From positions 1 through 37,210 of IMG/VR virus record IMGVR_UViG_3300032305_002169: a stretch of 37,210 nt of DNA. One strand, written 5' to 3'. Below the pieces are notes generated by a model, which saw only the letters and a list, made by a program, of their open reading frames with translations, had not been told where the DNA came from and made no database searches. The stretch is from a virus. Its lineage: Duplodnaviria; Caudoviricetes. The position numbers and the translations under genes are program-made. This document shows, one piece after another, positions 18,273 to 27,429 of this stretch; positions within the stretch are counted from its first letter, which is position 1, and every line of letters begins with the position of its first letter.

Positions 18273-19940
18273 TTAGGCACCTTTCTTAGCAGCCTTTTCA
18301 GCTGCGGCTGCAATCATGTCGCCGAACTTGCCCTGGATAATGCTCTGGACGCGGATACGCTCGGAATCGTCGTCGCCATCAGCCGAGAAATGGTTGATGA
18401 TGGTGAACGTGAGAGTTTCCACGCCACCGATTGCGAAGTCGTGTGCGGCAGCAATAAGCTGACGAGTCGACAGGCTTTCGGTAAGCGACGCGGAAATACC
18501 GGTCGCATCTTGACGGATCTTATGTGCCATCTGGACAAGCCGAGTTGCCAGACTTTCATCGATACCGACACGTTTTACGAGGAGCGCAATCTCGTCCGCC
18601 TCGCCCAGATAGCTGAGCTCGACGACACGTGGGAAACGGTCACGAATAGCGCGGTCAAGCGCAGACGTACCGGTATAACCAGCGCCCTCATTCATAGACG
18701 AGAAGAAGACAGTGCCGGGACCGACACAGATCTTATCGCCCTTCTCCTCGAGATACGTGAATCGGCGAGCGTCGAGCAAAGGCATTAGCGTGTTAAGCAG
18801 ATGCGGATTTGCGCGATTGAGCTCGTCGAGCAGGATCACGTGGTTGCCGGCAGCCACCGCCTTCACGAACTGGCTCTCGTGCCAGTACACCGTGCCTTCC
18901 CGGGCCGTCTTGTAGCCGAACCAGTCGCGGGCCTCGCGAAGGTTAGCACAGTCCATGATCAGCAGCGGCAGGCCAAGACGAGCAGCGAACTGAATCGCGA
19001 GCTCGGTCTTGCCGCAGCCGTGCGGGCCGATCAGATTTACATTTTGCGGGCAGTTCTGTCGCGAGATCTGGAGGATCTTGAACAACTGCGCCACTTGTTC
19101 ATTAATGATATACGTATCGTCGGGTTTCGGCATGAAAACACCGCTTACGTCGGCCTCGTCGTTGAGCTCTGGTGCGCTTTTTAACTTGAGCTCAGGCTTC
19201 TCAAGCGTTGCCGTCGCGCTCTCACCAGTCAGCCGACCGAAACCGAAATTAGCTGTAGCCGTTGCCATTTTTATTGATTCCACTGGGGTGTTGTCGTCAT
19301 CGGCATTTTCTTCTTTGTCGCCCGCAGGGGGCGTGCTAGCACTTGGGGCCGTAGTAAAAGAGCTAGCAGTCGTGTGCCACCAACCGTCACCAGGTTGCGA
19401 GGCCAGAATGGAATTAATCAACTTCTTGTTTGCTTCGAGTACACTTGCGAGTAGTTTTAACTCGTTATACTGTGCAGGCGAGTGCGATAACTCGTCTAAC
19501 GCTTTTGCCAGTGTCGGCACAACAGCGTTCAGCTGGTTTACTACATTGCTTGGATACGTGCCGCTCTTAACGGCGTCACTAAGAAAGCCAACGAGCGCTG
19601 CCGCTGCGTGTTGTACCGGTGTCGCCGCCGGTATTTCTACAATTGCTGAGCTAATAGCGGTAACAGCTCCGCTAGAAACTTTTGCACGCATCTCGCCAAG
19701 CGATGCGATTGAATCAGCGTCTTCCGCGTCGACTAGGGCGACGTTAAATTCGAAATCGGCGAAGTCCATTTTTTCGTGATTTTTTGTTGGCCGGCCTCGT
19801 GTGCTGGGATACACGCCAAGAATTGACGTGCGGGAAAGAGCAGTGTCGAGGTCAGGTGTGGCACTTGTATCAACGCCAAGATAGATGTACATGAGTTCCG
19901 TAGGGGTAAAAGGTTTGCCGTTATGGTGGCAATCAGTCAT
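18273..19940 (-). CDS. MoxR-family AAA+ ATPase (CbbQ/NirQ/CobS-like)
   Basis: Walker A GPHGCGKT, Walker B ILLDELNR, LDRAIRDRF, STRQL. Confidence 0.9.
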   Translation of the reverse strand: MTDCHHNGKPFTPTELMYIYLGVDTSATPDLDTALSRTSILGVYPSTRGRPTKNHEKMDFADFEFNVALVDAEDADSIASLGEMRAKVSSGAVTAISSAIVEIPAATPVQHAAAALVGFLSDAVKSGTYPSNVVNQLNAVVPTLAKALDELSHSPAQYNELKLLASVLEANKKLINSILASQPGDGWWHTTASSFTTAPSASTPPAGDKEENADDDNTPVESIKMATATANFGFGRLTGESATATLEKPELKLKSAPELNDEADVSGVFMPKPDDTYIINEQVAQLFKILQISRQNCPQNVNLIGPHGCGKTELAIQFAARLGLPLLIMDCANLREARDWFGYKTAREGTVYWHESQFVKAVAAGNHVILLDELNRANPHLLNTLMPLLDARRFTYLEEKGDKICVGPGTVFFSSMNEGAGYTGTSALDRAIRDRFPRVVELSYLGEADEIALLVKRVGIDESLATRLVQMAHKIRQDATGISASLTESLSTRQLIAAAHDFAIGGVETLTFTIINHFSADGDDDSERIRVQSIIQGKFGDMIAAAAEKAAKKGA

Positions 19941-19982
19941 CGACTATTTGGTGGCTGCGGTCAAGCGGCCCCACAAAACAAT

Positions 19983-20034
19983 AAAAAACCCCGGCGCAAG
20001 TTGGCTGTTTTTAGCAGCTTGGCTTGCGCCGGGG
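19983..20034 (-). terminator. Intrinsic terminator
   Basis: CCCCGGCGCAAG/CTTGCGCCGGGG stem followed by TTTTTT on minus. Confidence 0.75.
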
Positions 20035-20058
20035 TCTAGATTTTAGGCGCAGCGCGGT

Positions 20059-20799
20059 TTAGACGCGGTTGCTGACCTTGTTGCACAGATTCAGAAGCGA
20101 AAGCGCCCGATCGTATCCGCCGACCGAATGGATGAAGTCGGCGGCAGCCTCGAGCTGCTCGTCGATCGCGTGCATTGCGCCGTTCGCGCTTGGCTCGCCG
20201 ACAGGCGCCTTGCGCTTGAGTGTTGCCCGCTTAGTTTCAGCTGGCTCTTCGTGCGCACTGGCCTTCGTCGTCTTCGGCTTTGCGGGGGCACCCTTACGCA
20301 GAGCAGGTATCCCCATTGCGCGCATCGTAATGGAAACCTGCGACGCGTTTACTTCCACGCCGCGCTTTTCCAATGCTGCAATGATATCGCGCGGACGCAG
20401 TTCTGCGCCTGCTTCTTTCTTAGCCGCAATAATTTCGCGGATATGTTCGGCCTTTGTCTTGGCCCCGGCAACACTCTTCTTAGCCATTTTTCTACCTTTT
20501 GGGTTTGCAGCTTCTGTTACGGAAGCTTCTGTTGGGTTATCCTCATCCGAATCAATTTCGGGATCCTTCCCAAGAGCCTCTGCTTCATCAGCGTCGGCGT
20601 CTTCATCGTCCTCGGGATCATCGTCGTCGATATCTTCATCTTCATCGACGTCATCTTCTTCATCTTCGTCGTCTACTGGAGTCGCTGCGCGCGCTTGTTT
20701 TTGCTTGCGTTGCAAATACTCTTCGCACTTCGCGTCTGTGTCTGCGCTGCTCTCATCATCCCAGCAGCTTTCTGCTTCTGTCATACCCTGCTTAACCAT
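20059..20799 (-). CDS. Putative DNA-binding protein with acidic N-terminal tract
   Basis: D/E tract, then TKAEHIRE...RPRDIIAALEKRGVEVNASQVS and AADF..SVGG..RA; GGAGG RBS. Confidence 0.65.
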   Translation of the reverse strand: MVKQGMTEAESCWDDESSADTDAKCEEYLQRKQKQARAATPVDDEDEEDDVDEDEDIDDDDPEDDEDADADEAEALGKDPEIDSDEDNPTEASVTEAANPKGRKMAKKSVAGAKTKAEHIREIIAAKKEAGAELRPRDIIAALEKRGVEVNASQVSITMRAMGIPALRKGAPAKPKTTKASAHEEPAETKRATLKRKAPVGEPSANGAMHAIDEQLEAAADFIHSVGGYDRALSLLNLCNKVSNRV

Positions 20800-20912
20800 T
20801 TCAGCCTCCGTTTAGAACAGCTCTTGCCGCCGCGCGACAAATACGAGCCGATGGTCACTAATCAAACCATACGCAAAATTTGCGTGTCTTTCAAACGCCT
20901 GGCAAAATTTTG

Positions 20913-21191
20913 CTAGTCGTTTTTTTGCTGGTCTGGAATAAACGCAAAATACAGCCGTGGTTTATCTATAAATCCTACGGTGCCTGGAGCGCCGTCAATC
21001 CGGCTTATGACGTGAACTATTGGCCCGTCAAAAAATTGAACGCCAAAATTGTCAAGCAGTTCTTTATCGTCCCAGACAGTTCCGTACTTCTGTTCTAGAT
21101 CCGCGCGAACTTCAGCCGGATTTTTATCTTCGTAGTATTCGCGCAGCGTCACTACCAGCAATTGTCCGTAATCGGCACTGGATGCTGTCAT
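20913..21191 (-). CDS. Hypothetical protein
   Basis: ATGA-coupled; YGTVWD..EL...F....F..P...G...F...PRLYF. Confidence 0.7.
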   Translation of the reverse strand: MTASSADYGQLLVVTLREYYEDKNPAEVRADLEQKYGTVWDDKELLDNFGVQFFDGPIVHVISRIDGAPGTVGFIDKPRLYFAFIPDQQKND

Positions 21192-21592
21192 TGCTGCTCC
21201 GTGGCGTTATTCTCGGCCAATTGCTGTAATTTCTGCAATTCTTCTTGCCGCGCACGAATTTCAGCCACCATATTGCTGGCCATATTATCGAACGCCTTGA
21301 TCTGGGTAAACATGTCTCGGTGCACATCGACACCGAACGCAGCTAGCCGGCCAAGCATCTGCAGCAGCCCGGCAATGTACGGCGGGCTTTCATCTCGTAG
21401 CCGCAACAAGCCAGCGGGTACGCCGTCAAGTTGTGGCGCCCAGAGCGGGATAATAGCTACAGCCTGCAGCTCTGGAATTTGTTCTATAGCATTTTGCGCG
21501 AATACATTTGCGCGCGAAAAGAATTCTAGGTCACAGGCTTGTTTTTCAGACTCGATCACGGGCGATTCAGGGGAGCTCTGCGGGTTGGTCAT
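21188..21592 (-). CDS. Hypothetical protein
   Basis: AGGA RBS, start MTNPQ; C-terminal coiled coil. Confidence 0.7.
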   Translation of the reverse strand: MTNPQSSPESPVIESEKQACDLEFFSRANVFAQNAIEQIPELQAVAIIPLWAPQLDGVPAGLLRLRDESPPYIAGLLQMLGRLAAFGVDVHRDMFTQIKAFDNMASNMVAEIRARQEELQKLQQLAENNATEQQ

Positions 21593-21935
21593 AACGCATC
21601 CTAGCGGGTAAACAGGCGTCAATCAGGTTAGAGGCTCTCGTTGCGGCCAATCCGTATACGATAACTCTCACTAAATCATTGGCAATACCCCCGAAAAAAT
21701 TTCCGAGAATTAACGCCAAGAACAAATAAACCGGGATATGGTAGCTTTTGCAGAACGGGCACAGCAGTAGTTCAGTCCACAGGCTTTTGAATGACCCGTA
21801 TTTGGCTGTGTCGTTCCAGGCTTGCACGTAAGCTCTGGCTGTGGCAAAAATACTTCCTTTGTGCCACACTTCGATAATCGCGCCAGTTGCGAGCACCACT
21901 GCTAAAAAATCTACGATATTCCACTTGCTTTCCAT
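21567..21935 (-). CDS. DUF1360-like membrane protein
   Basis: Hydrophobic segments, SIF...R, ELLLCPFCKSYH. Confidence 0.65.
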   Translation of the reverse strand: MESKWNIVDFLAVVLATGAIIEVWHKGSIFATARAYVQAWNDTAKYGSFKSLWTELLLCPFCKSYHIPVYLFLALILGNFFGGIANDLVRVIVYGLAATRASNLIDACLPARMRYDQPAELP

Positions 21936-21943
21936 TTAGCGCC

Positions 21944-22132
21944 TCATTTGTTTCGTCTGCGGCTTTTGTTTCTTGCCGCGTCCGCACTGTTCGTAAAGAC
22001 AAGTCCAAAATAAATGGCGCATAAAGCTGATGCAAGGCCAGTAAAACCCAGCACAGGAAAACACAGCACACTGGCGCCGAGTAAAAGCGCTGAAAATCCA
22101 ATAAGTGTGTTTCCATTGTTATTTGAGCTCAT
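21944..22132 (-). CDS. Small membrane protein
   Basis: Two hydrophobic helices and basic C-tail. Confidence 0.6.
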   Translation of the reverse strand: MSSNNNGNTLIGFSALLLGASVLCFPVLGFTGLASALCAIYFGLVFTNSADAARNKSRRRNK

Positions 22133-22491
22133 TTTGTAATTCCGTTGCGAGGTGTGGTCTATGGCAACAGGGTTTGTTCCAATGCCAGCAAGGGACCGGG
22201 CTCGCGACGTGTTTTAAGATATCGCGTTGTAGGTATAAAGAGTAGACTTGGGTAGCGTTGATTAAAAGCTGGGGCGAGCGCTCTGGAGCAACCCGCCCCA
22301 GCTCGATGCTTTTAAGCTTTGGGCGTAAAGAGTATTTTGACAAGACCGAAAACGATCTGAAATACGCCAATAAATATGGAAAACACGCTAAACACCAGTG
22401 TCTGCCCGACAACGTTTACGCCGTCTTCTAGCCACTGCAGATCTGCATCGTCTTTGCCGCGATAATACTTACCATTCTTACACTGACCCAT

Positions 22492-24417
22492 ATGTCACCA
22501 GATATGTTGCAGGATATGGCCCTGCCGCCTGAACAAATAGCTGAGATTCCCAACAAAGGGATTCAATCACTTGTTCAAGAATTAGTTTCTATAGATTGCA
22601 AAGATGCGCACTCCTTTAGCGCTCGAGCAACTATTCTTGCTGAATTGGCGGAGAAGAAATTTTTCCCGTCCTTGGAGCCAATTTTGCCGTTGGTTCTAAA
22701 CCTCAACGGTAAGCCGTATACGCTTGTTCACCACTACCCGTTTGCCCCAATGTTCAGACTTTTAATGAGTAAGAACTTGGTGCTTAAGACAGGGCGACAG
22801 GTATCGAAATCAACATCTTTAGCGGCACACGGAGTTGTACTTGCGAATTGTTTACCTTACTTCAAAACGCTTTACGTCACTCCGCTGTTTGAGCAGATTA
22901 GACGTTTTAGTAACAACTACGTGCGCCCCTTTATTGATCAGTCTCCGGTAAAGAGCCAATGGTCCGGAACTGATACTGAAAACAACGTGCTGCAACGTTC
23001 GTTTAAGAACAAGAGCATTATGTTGTTCAGTTTTGCATTGCTCGACGCTGACCGTGTTCGTGGTGTGAGCGCCGACAGAGTTTGTTTTGACGAAGTGCAG
23101 GACATGGATCCCGATCATATTCCGATCATTCAGGAAACAATGTCTTACAGTAAATTTGGCCTCACGCATTTTACGGGCACGCCGAAATCGATGGATAACC
23201 CGTTGGAGGGGCTGTATAAGCGCTCGAGTGGCGCTGAGTGGTTTATTCCGTGCGAGTCATGCAAGCACTGGAACATACCGTCAATTGATCACGACCTTGA
23301 CGCAATGATTGGCGATTACAACATTCACATATCTGAGAAGTACCCTGGCACTGTATGCGCAAAATGCCGTAAGCCAATTAATCCTAGGCAGGGGCGTTGG
23401 GTGCACCGTAATCCGGATAGGCGCTGGCAGTTTGCTGGCTATCACGTGCCGCAATTGATTCTGCCGCTGCATTTTGCCGATGCGGAGAAGTGGTCAACGT
23501 TGCTGCTTAAGCGCGAAGGCTTTGGCAATATGACGCAGGCTCAGTTCTACAACGAAGTCTTGGGCGAATCTATTGACTCGGGCCAAAAGCTAGTAACAGA
23601 AACAGAGTTAAAAGCAGCGTGCCAGTTAACGTGGGAGAATAAAAAAGAACCAGACCCGCAATGCCTAGACACGTTAAACAGATACAAACATCGTGTATTA
23701 GCGATTGACTGGGGCGGGGGCGGCGAGGAGGGCATTTCATTTACAGTTCTCGCGGTACTTGGTTTTGCCCACGACGGCACTATTGATGTGCTGTGGGGAA
23801 AGCGCATTGTATTAGGCGCGGATCATCTTGCCGAGGCTGTTGAGTGCATGCGCTGGGCTGAGAAATTCCGCGTTGATTACGTTGCGCACGATTATACTGG
23901 CGCCGGCACTGTTCGCGAGACTGTTATGGTGCAGGCTGGTTTTAACTTAGATAAGGTCATGGCTGTGCGCCTTGTTCGTGCTGCAAGTCAGGACATTATG
24001 GTGTTCAAGCCAGCTACAGCGATTAATCATCGTCAGCATTACTCGCTGGATAAAACACGGTCGCTGTTGTATACGTGCCAAGCTATTAAGCTAAAACGTG
24101 TTAGGTTTTTTCAATATGACTGGGCATCGCAAGATAACCCCGGACTAATCTCGGACTTCCTTGCTCTTGTGGAGAACAAAGCCGAATCGAGACTAGCCGG
24201 GGATATCTATACGATCACGCGAAATACACTACTTAGCGACGACTTTGCGCAAGCGGTAAACATTGGTTGCGCGTCTGTGTGGCACATCAATGATGCTTGG
24301 CCCAATTTTGCAGAGATTGCAGGTTTGGGCGCTATTAGCTCGCGTGCGGCTATTACCGAAAATCCGGAAGACTGGCTAGACGACGACACCGGCCGCGGTT
24401 ACTTCGGGATGCCCTGA
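22492..24417 (+). CDS. terL: Phage terminase large subunit (gpA-like)
   Basis: KTGRQVSKST Walker A, FDEVQD Walker B, GTPK motif, CxxC pair, NEVLGE, nuclease AIDWG. Confidence 0.88.
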   Translation: MSPDMLQDMALPPEQIAEIPNKGIQSLVQELVSIDCKDAHSFSARATILAELAEKKFFPSLEPILPLVLNLNGKPYTLVHHYPFAPMFRLLMSKNLVLKTGRQVSKSTSLAAHGVVLANCLPYFKTLYVTPLFEQIRRFSNNYVRPFIDQSPVKSQWSGTDTENNVLQRSFKNKSIMLFSFALLDADRVRGVSADRVCFDEVQDMDPDHIPIIQETMSYSKFGLTHFTGTPKSMDNPLEGLYKRSSGAEWFIPCESCKHWNIPSIDHDLDAMIGDYNIHISEKYPGTVCAKCRKPINPRQGRWVHRNPDRRWQFAGYHVPQLILPLHFADAEKWSTLLLKREGFGNMTQAQFYNEVLGESIDSGQKLVTETELKAACQLTWENKKEPDPQCLDTLNRYKHRVLAIDWGGGGEEGISFTVLAVLGFAHDGTIDVLWGKRIVLGADHLAEAVECMRWAEKFRVDYVAHDYTGAGTVRETVMVQAGFNLDKVMAVRLVRAASQDIMVFKPATAINHRQHYSLDKTRSLLYTCQAIKLKRVRFFQYDWASQDNPGLISDFLALVENKAESRLAGDIYTITRNTLLSDDFAQAVNIGCASVWHINDAWPNFAEIAGLGAISSRAAITENPEDWLDDDTGRGYFGMP

Positions 24418-24660
24418 GTTTTTCTTTTGGTCATCCTTCGGAATTACCTTCAGCTGATCTGGCGGGCATACGCAGCTAAGCGATCTGCCGTTTTCCCATT
24501 TGATCAGAAATTGCAGCTGATTTTTTCGGTTATTCAGCATAGTCAAATCTGAAATAAGCTCGACTGTGCCTTTTGTGCCTACCGGAACAGGATCTGGATC
24601 ATCGGGCATTGCCAGCAGCATAACCCGGTCACCGACCTTGATGTTATGTATGTTGGTCAT
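24376..24660 (-). CDS. DUF4314-like protein
   Basis: GDRV.L..M.DDP.PVPVGTKGTV...WENGRSL...D. Confidence 0.8.
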   Translation of the reverse strand: MTNIHNIKVGDRVMLLAMPDDPDPVPVGTKGTVELISDLTMLNNRKNQLQFLIKWENGRSLSCVCPPDQLKVIPKDDQKKNSGHPEVTAAGVVV

Positions 24661-25005
24661 TTAGTGCGCTCCAGATACGAGGCTGAACTTGGCCGAGACC
24701 AGCTGCGCTTCGAGCAACGCTGATTCGTACCGTCCACGGGCCAGAATACGATTTGACACGGACTCGCGCAGCTTAGCGAGATAATCCGAATAGTCGCGGT
24801 CGGTGTTAACGATCGCTTCCGCAGACGAGAACGAATGCGGCTTATTGGTCATCGGGTTATCGCCGGCCGCCATAATACGCTGAACAGCCGCCATCTTTAC
24901 AGCCGTCCTACCGTCCTCGACGCTCATCTCATTAGCGACGGACTGGGCGTAATGCTCAGTAGCGTCGGCAATGTTCTTCAGCAACTTGTCACCGTCAGTA
25001 ATCAT
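24661..25005 (-). CDS. Hypothetical protein
   Basis: AGGAG RBS, 114 aa. Confidence 0.75.
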   Translation of the reverse strand: MITDGDKLLKNIADATEHYAQSVANEMSVEDGRTAVKMAAVQRIMAAGDNPMTNKPHSFSSAEAIVNTDRDYSDYLAKLRESVSNRILARGRYESALLEAQLVSAKFSLVSGAH

Positions 25006-25013
25006 AGAAACTC

Positions 25014-25277
25014 CTAGTTAAGTGAAGGATCAAAAGTTGTACGCGGTGGTTGATATTCAGAAAACCCGAGAAGTTTAAACACCTTGGCGATACGACGATT
25101 TGTTTCTTCGTCTGGATTGCCAACGATCAGTTTAAACTCCCTACCTTTTTTGTTGATTTCAAATATGCTCAGGGAACCAGGTACAGCCCATGTAGCGCCA
25201 TTTTTTAGTATGCGCACCATGTTTTGTTGCCAAGCAATGTCGGACGGTGTTGGTTCCCAGTCTGTATCAGGGATCAT
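25014..25277 (-). CDS. Hypothetical protein
   Basis: GAGG RBS, 87 aa. Confidence 0.7.
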   Translation of the reverse strand: MIPDTDWEPTPSDIAWQQNMVRILKNGATWAVPGSLSIFEINKKGREFKLIVGNPDEETNRRIAKVFKLLGFSEYQPPRTTFDPSLN

Positions 25278-25308
25278 TGCAGCCTCGTGTGTGAAGTTGT
25301 CGGCAGCC

Positions 25309-25339
25309 GCGCCCCGGGACAGGATAATCCCGGGGCGCT
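25309..25339. other. GC-rich stem-loop just downstream of RAMP-like gene
   Basis: GCGCCCCGGGA/TCCCGGGGCGC inverted repeat; no U-tract on minus. Confidence 0.55.
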
Positions 25340-25353
25340 AAGCTGCCAAACAA

Positions 25354-26043
25354 TTAGGCGCGGACGAGCGAACGACCGCGCTTCTTGGGCGTTTCTTCGC
25401 TGTCGTTTGCAGCTGCCGACGGCTTAGCCAACCCTTCGGTCAGACACGTTGCCGTGAAACGACCGAAACGAGGACGCCATTCGCACAGGCCGCTCATGGT
25501 GCCGGCCTTCTTGATCCAGCGATCAAGCTGCTCGAAATTGATAATAGAGTCTTCGTACATCAACGCGACATTAAGCGACCAATCGTGAAAGATCGGGCGC
25601 GTCGAGATGATGCGGCTGTTGCTGCGCACAACCGGGACCGTGAACCTGAAGCCCTCGGCGTAAGGCGTCGGTCGCGGCGTGGTGTCCGCAAACAACTCTT
25701 CTGGAGTCCGCGGGCCGTCATACTCGAGCTTGAAGTAGCCGGGGTCAGCCCCGAATACAGCGCTTTGGGCAATCTTGCCTTCTTTGGTTTTCTTGGCACC
25801 CTCGCGGATCGCTGCGGTGATGTTATCCGCAGGAATGATCGGGCCAACGCCGGGAGCCATATAGAGGCTACCAGCGTGCTCGATACGGGCCATTTCTTCA
25901 TGATCTGCGTCGGTCTTCATCCGCTTGGATGTGATCGACTTCAGCTCTTTTGCAAACCGATTCATCGTATCGGCCATTTGAGCGCACTTCACCACCAACG
26001 GAGCGTCGCCGGTCAGCTTATACTCAACTCGTACCCAACTCAT
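25354..26043 (-). CDS. vipr: Cas7/RAMP-like RNA-binding protein, putative Vipr effector
   Basis: N-terminal strand + G.APL, IPADNITAAIREGA helix, RIISTRPIFHDWSL, C-terminal G-loop GLCEWRPRFGRF; linked to GGY-NN array; family call from memory. Confidence 0.8.
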   Translation of the reverse strand: MSWVRVEYKLTGDAPLVVKCAQMADTMNRFAKELKSITSKRMKTDADHEEMARIEHAGSLYMAPGVGPIIPADNITAAIREGAKKTKEGKIAQSAVFGADPGYFKLEYDGPRTPEELFADTTPRPTPYAEGFRFTVPVVRSNSRIISTRPIFHDWSLNVALMYEDSIINFEQLDRWIKKAGTMSGLCEWRPRFGRFTATCLTEGLAKPSAAANDSEETPKKRGRSLVRA

Positions 26044-26387
26044 CGTACAATCTCCTTGCGGGTTTGTGTAACAGCCACTATGTAATTACAACCGAGGTCT
26101 TTCTTTTTGTATCGACGTCGGCGAATTACAGTCGTGATTGCTTCGTGGCACTCACTACACAGCGTAATGAGATCAAGTTCAACATCTTCATGTCCAAAAC
26201 GTTCGTACGTTTTGTGATGAATCTCCAATCGATATTCAGAACCATCGTGATGGCAGGTTTGGCACATATGCCTATCAATGTTTAAGCGTAATTGTCGCTT
26301 TTCCTCCCATACGTGACTGCAGATATGTTCGTTGTATCCTGGCGGCCTATGTTCTGGTGCCGCTATTACTGAACTAAATCGGGTCAT
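26040..26387 (-). CDS. Small HNH (McrA-like) endonuclease
   Basis: W..KR...D.H.CQTC...LEIHHKTY.RFGHE...DLITLCSECHE; AAGGA RBS; ATGA overlap with RAMP-like gene. Confidence 0.85.
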   Translation of the reverse strand: MTRFSSVIAAPEHRPPGYNEHICSHVWEEKRQLRLNIDRHMCQTCHHDGSEYRLEIHHKTYERFGHEDVELDLITLCSECHEAITTVIRRRRYKKKDLGCNYIVAVTQTRKEIVR

Positions 26388-26421
26388 TTTCATTCCTTGA
26401 ATTTGAAGCAAATAACAAGTA

Positions 26422-26791
26422 ACCCAACCTTGTATTGCCTTACCATGCCGTATTGTTTTTGAAAAGAAAGCCGTGCCTTGCCGGACCAAACCAGACGCTA
26501 ACTAGCCGAACCTTACCTTGCCGAGTTTGTTTGAAAATAAAAGCCATGCCGCGGCTGACCTCACCTCACCTGACGATACCTCGCCGTGCCATGATGTTTT
26601 TGAAATAAACGCCAAGCCCTACCAAACCTGACTAAGACGAGCCTTACGCCGCCATGTTGGTTTGAAAATAAAAGCCGCGCCATGCCGTGCCGAACTTTGC
26701 CGTGCCATGCCCGGCCGAATATTACGCCGCCATGTTTGTTTGAAAATAAAAGCCTAGCCGTGCCTAACCTGGCCCTACTCAAACTCGCCAC
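26422..26791 (-). repeat. GGY-NN pentamer repeat array 2 (6 units); putative VIPR-type guide RNA array
   Basis: (RCC-NN)n on + with n=6,11,10,9,12,8 and linkers like GTTTGTTTGAAAATAAAA; same grammar as array 1. Confidence 0.9.
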
Positions 26792-26865
26792 GAAGAATTA
26801 TGTATAGCCTGAGCTGCTATTTTTGTTTATGCTGTTGCGATATCCGCTACAAATAAGGAGCTATT

Positions 26866-27429
26866 ATGTATCCTTTTCTTATGCAGACTGCGCTTACAGC
26901 TACTGATTGCGCAAACATTCGCGCGTACGCCGAATCTCACGTGGATTCTTTTGGCAAGCTCGATACTGGGTTTTGGGATGGGCGTGTGATTAATATCAGC
27001 AAAATAACCGACGCCGAAATTAGCGACAAACTAATTGCTAACAGGAACGCACTCAAAGCGCAAATTGCGGCAATGACCAAACACTACAATACGGATCCGC
27101 TGTATGGTGACACGCTGCAGATTGTGCGTTGGGTGAAAGGATATGAGCTAAAACCTCACGCTGATCAAGAGAATCCTGATGGCTCGCCGCATCCTTACCA
27201 TTGGCGTGATTTTGCCGCGGTTACGTTTTTAAACGACGACTTCACAGGCGGCGAGCTGTACTTTCCGCATTTAGCTGTGACGGTCAAACCTATTCCAGGT
27301 GTTGCGGCTATTTTTCCCGGTAGCTTGCAATATTTGCACGGCGTTGCCGAAGTAACGTCTGGCACACGTTATACGTTGGCTAGCTTTTTTACATACGACG
27401 CGCTGCACGCAGATTATCTTGACGCATGA
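26866..27429 (+). CDS. 2OG-Fe(II) oxygenase (prolyl 4-hydroxylase-like)
   Basis: PHAD, FLNDDFTGGELYFP, HGVAEVTSGTRY; AAGGAG RBS. Confidence 0.9.
   Translation: MYPFLMQTALTATDCANIRAYAESHVDSFGKLDTGFWDGRVINISKITDAEISDKLIANRNALKAQIAAMTKHYNTDPLYGDTLQIVRWVKGYELKPHADQENPDGSPHPYHWRDFAAVTFLNDDFTGGELYFPHLAVTVKPIPGVAAIFPGSLQYLHGVAEVTSGTRYTLASFFTYDALHADYLDA

Noticed and set aside
15487-20916. Long plus-strand ORFs (15487, 16186, 19009, 20069, 20128)
   Set aside because: Antisense shadows of well-supported minus-strand genes; Ser/Leu/Phe-rich with no motifs.
22119-22412. 97-aa minus-strand ORF upstream of the terminase
   Set aside because: Non-ATG start, no RBS or motif; more likely a divergent promoter region.
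26561-26791. 76-aa ORF inside array 2, and the N-terminal extension of the HNH ORF to 26489
   Set aside because: Same repeat artefact; the HNH has a proper AAGGA RBS before 26387.
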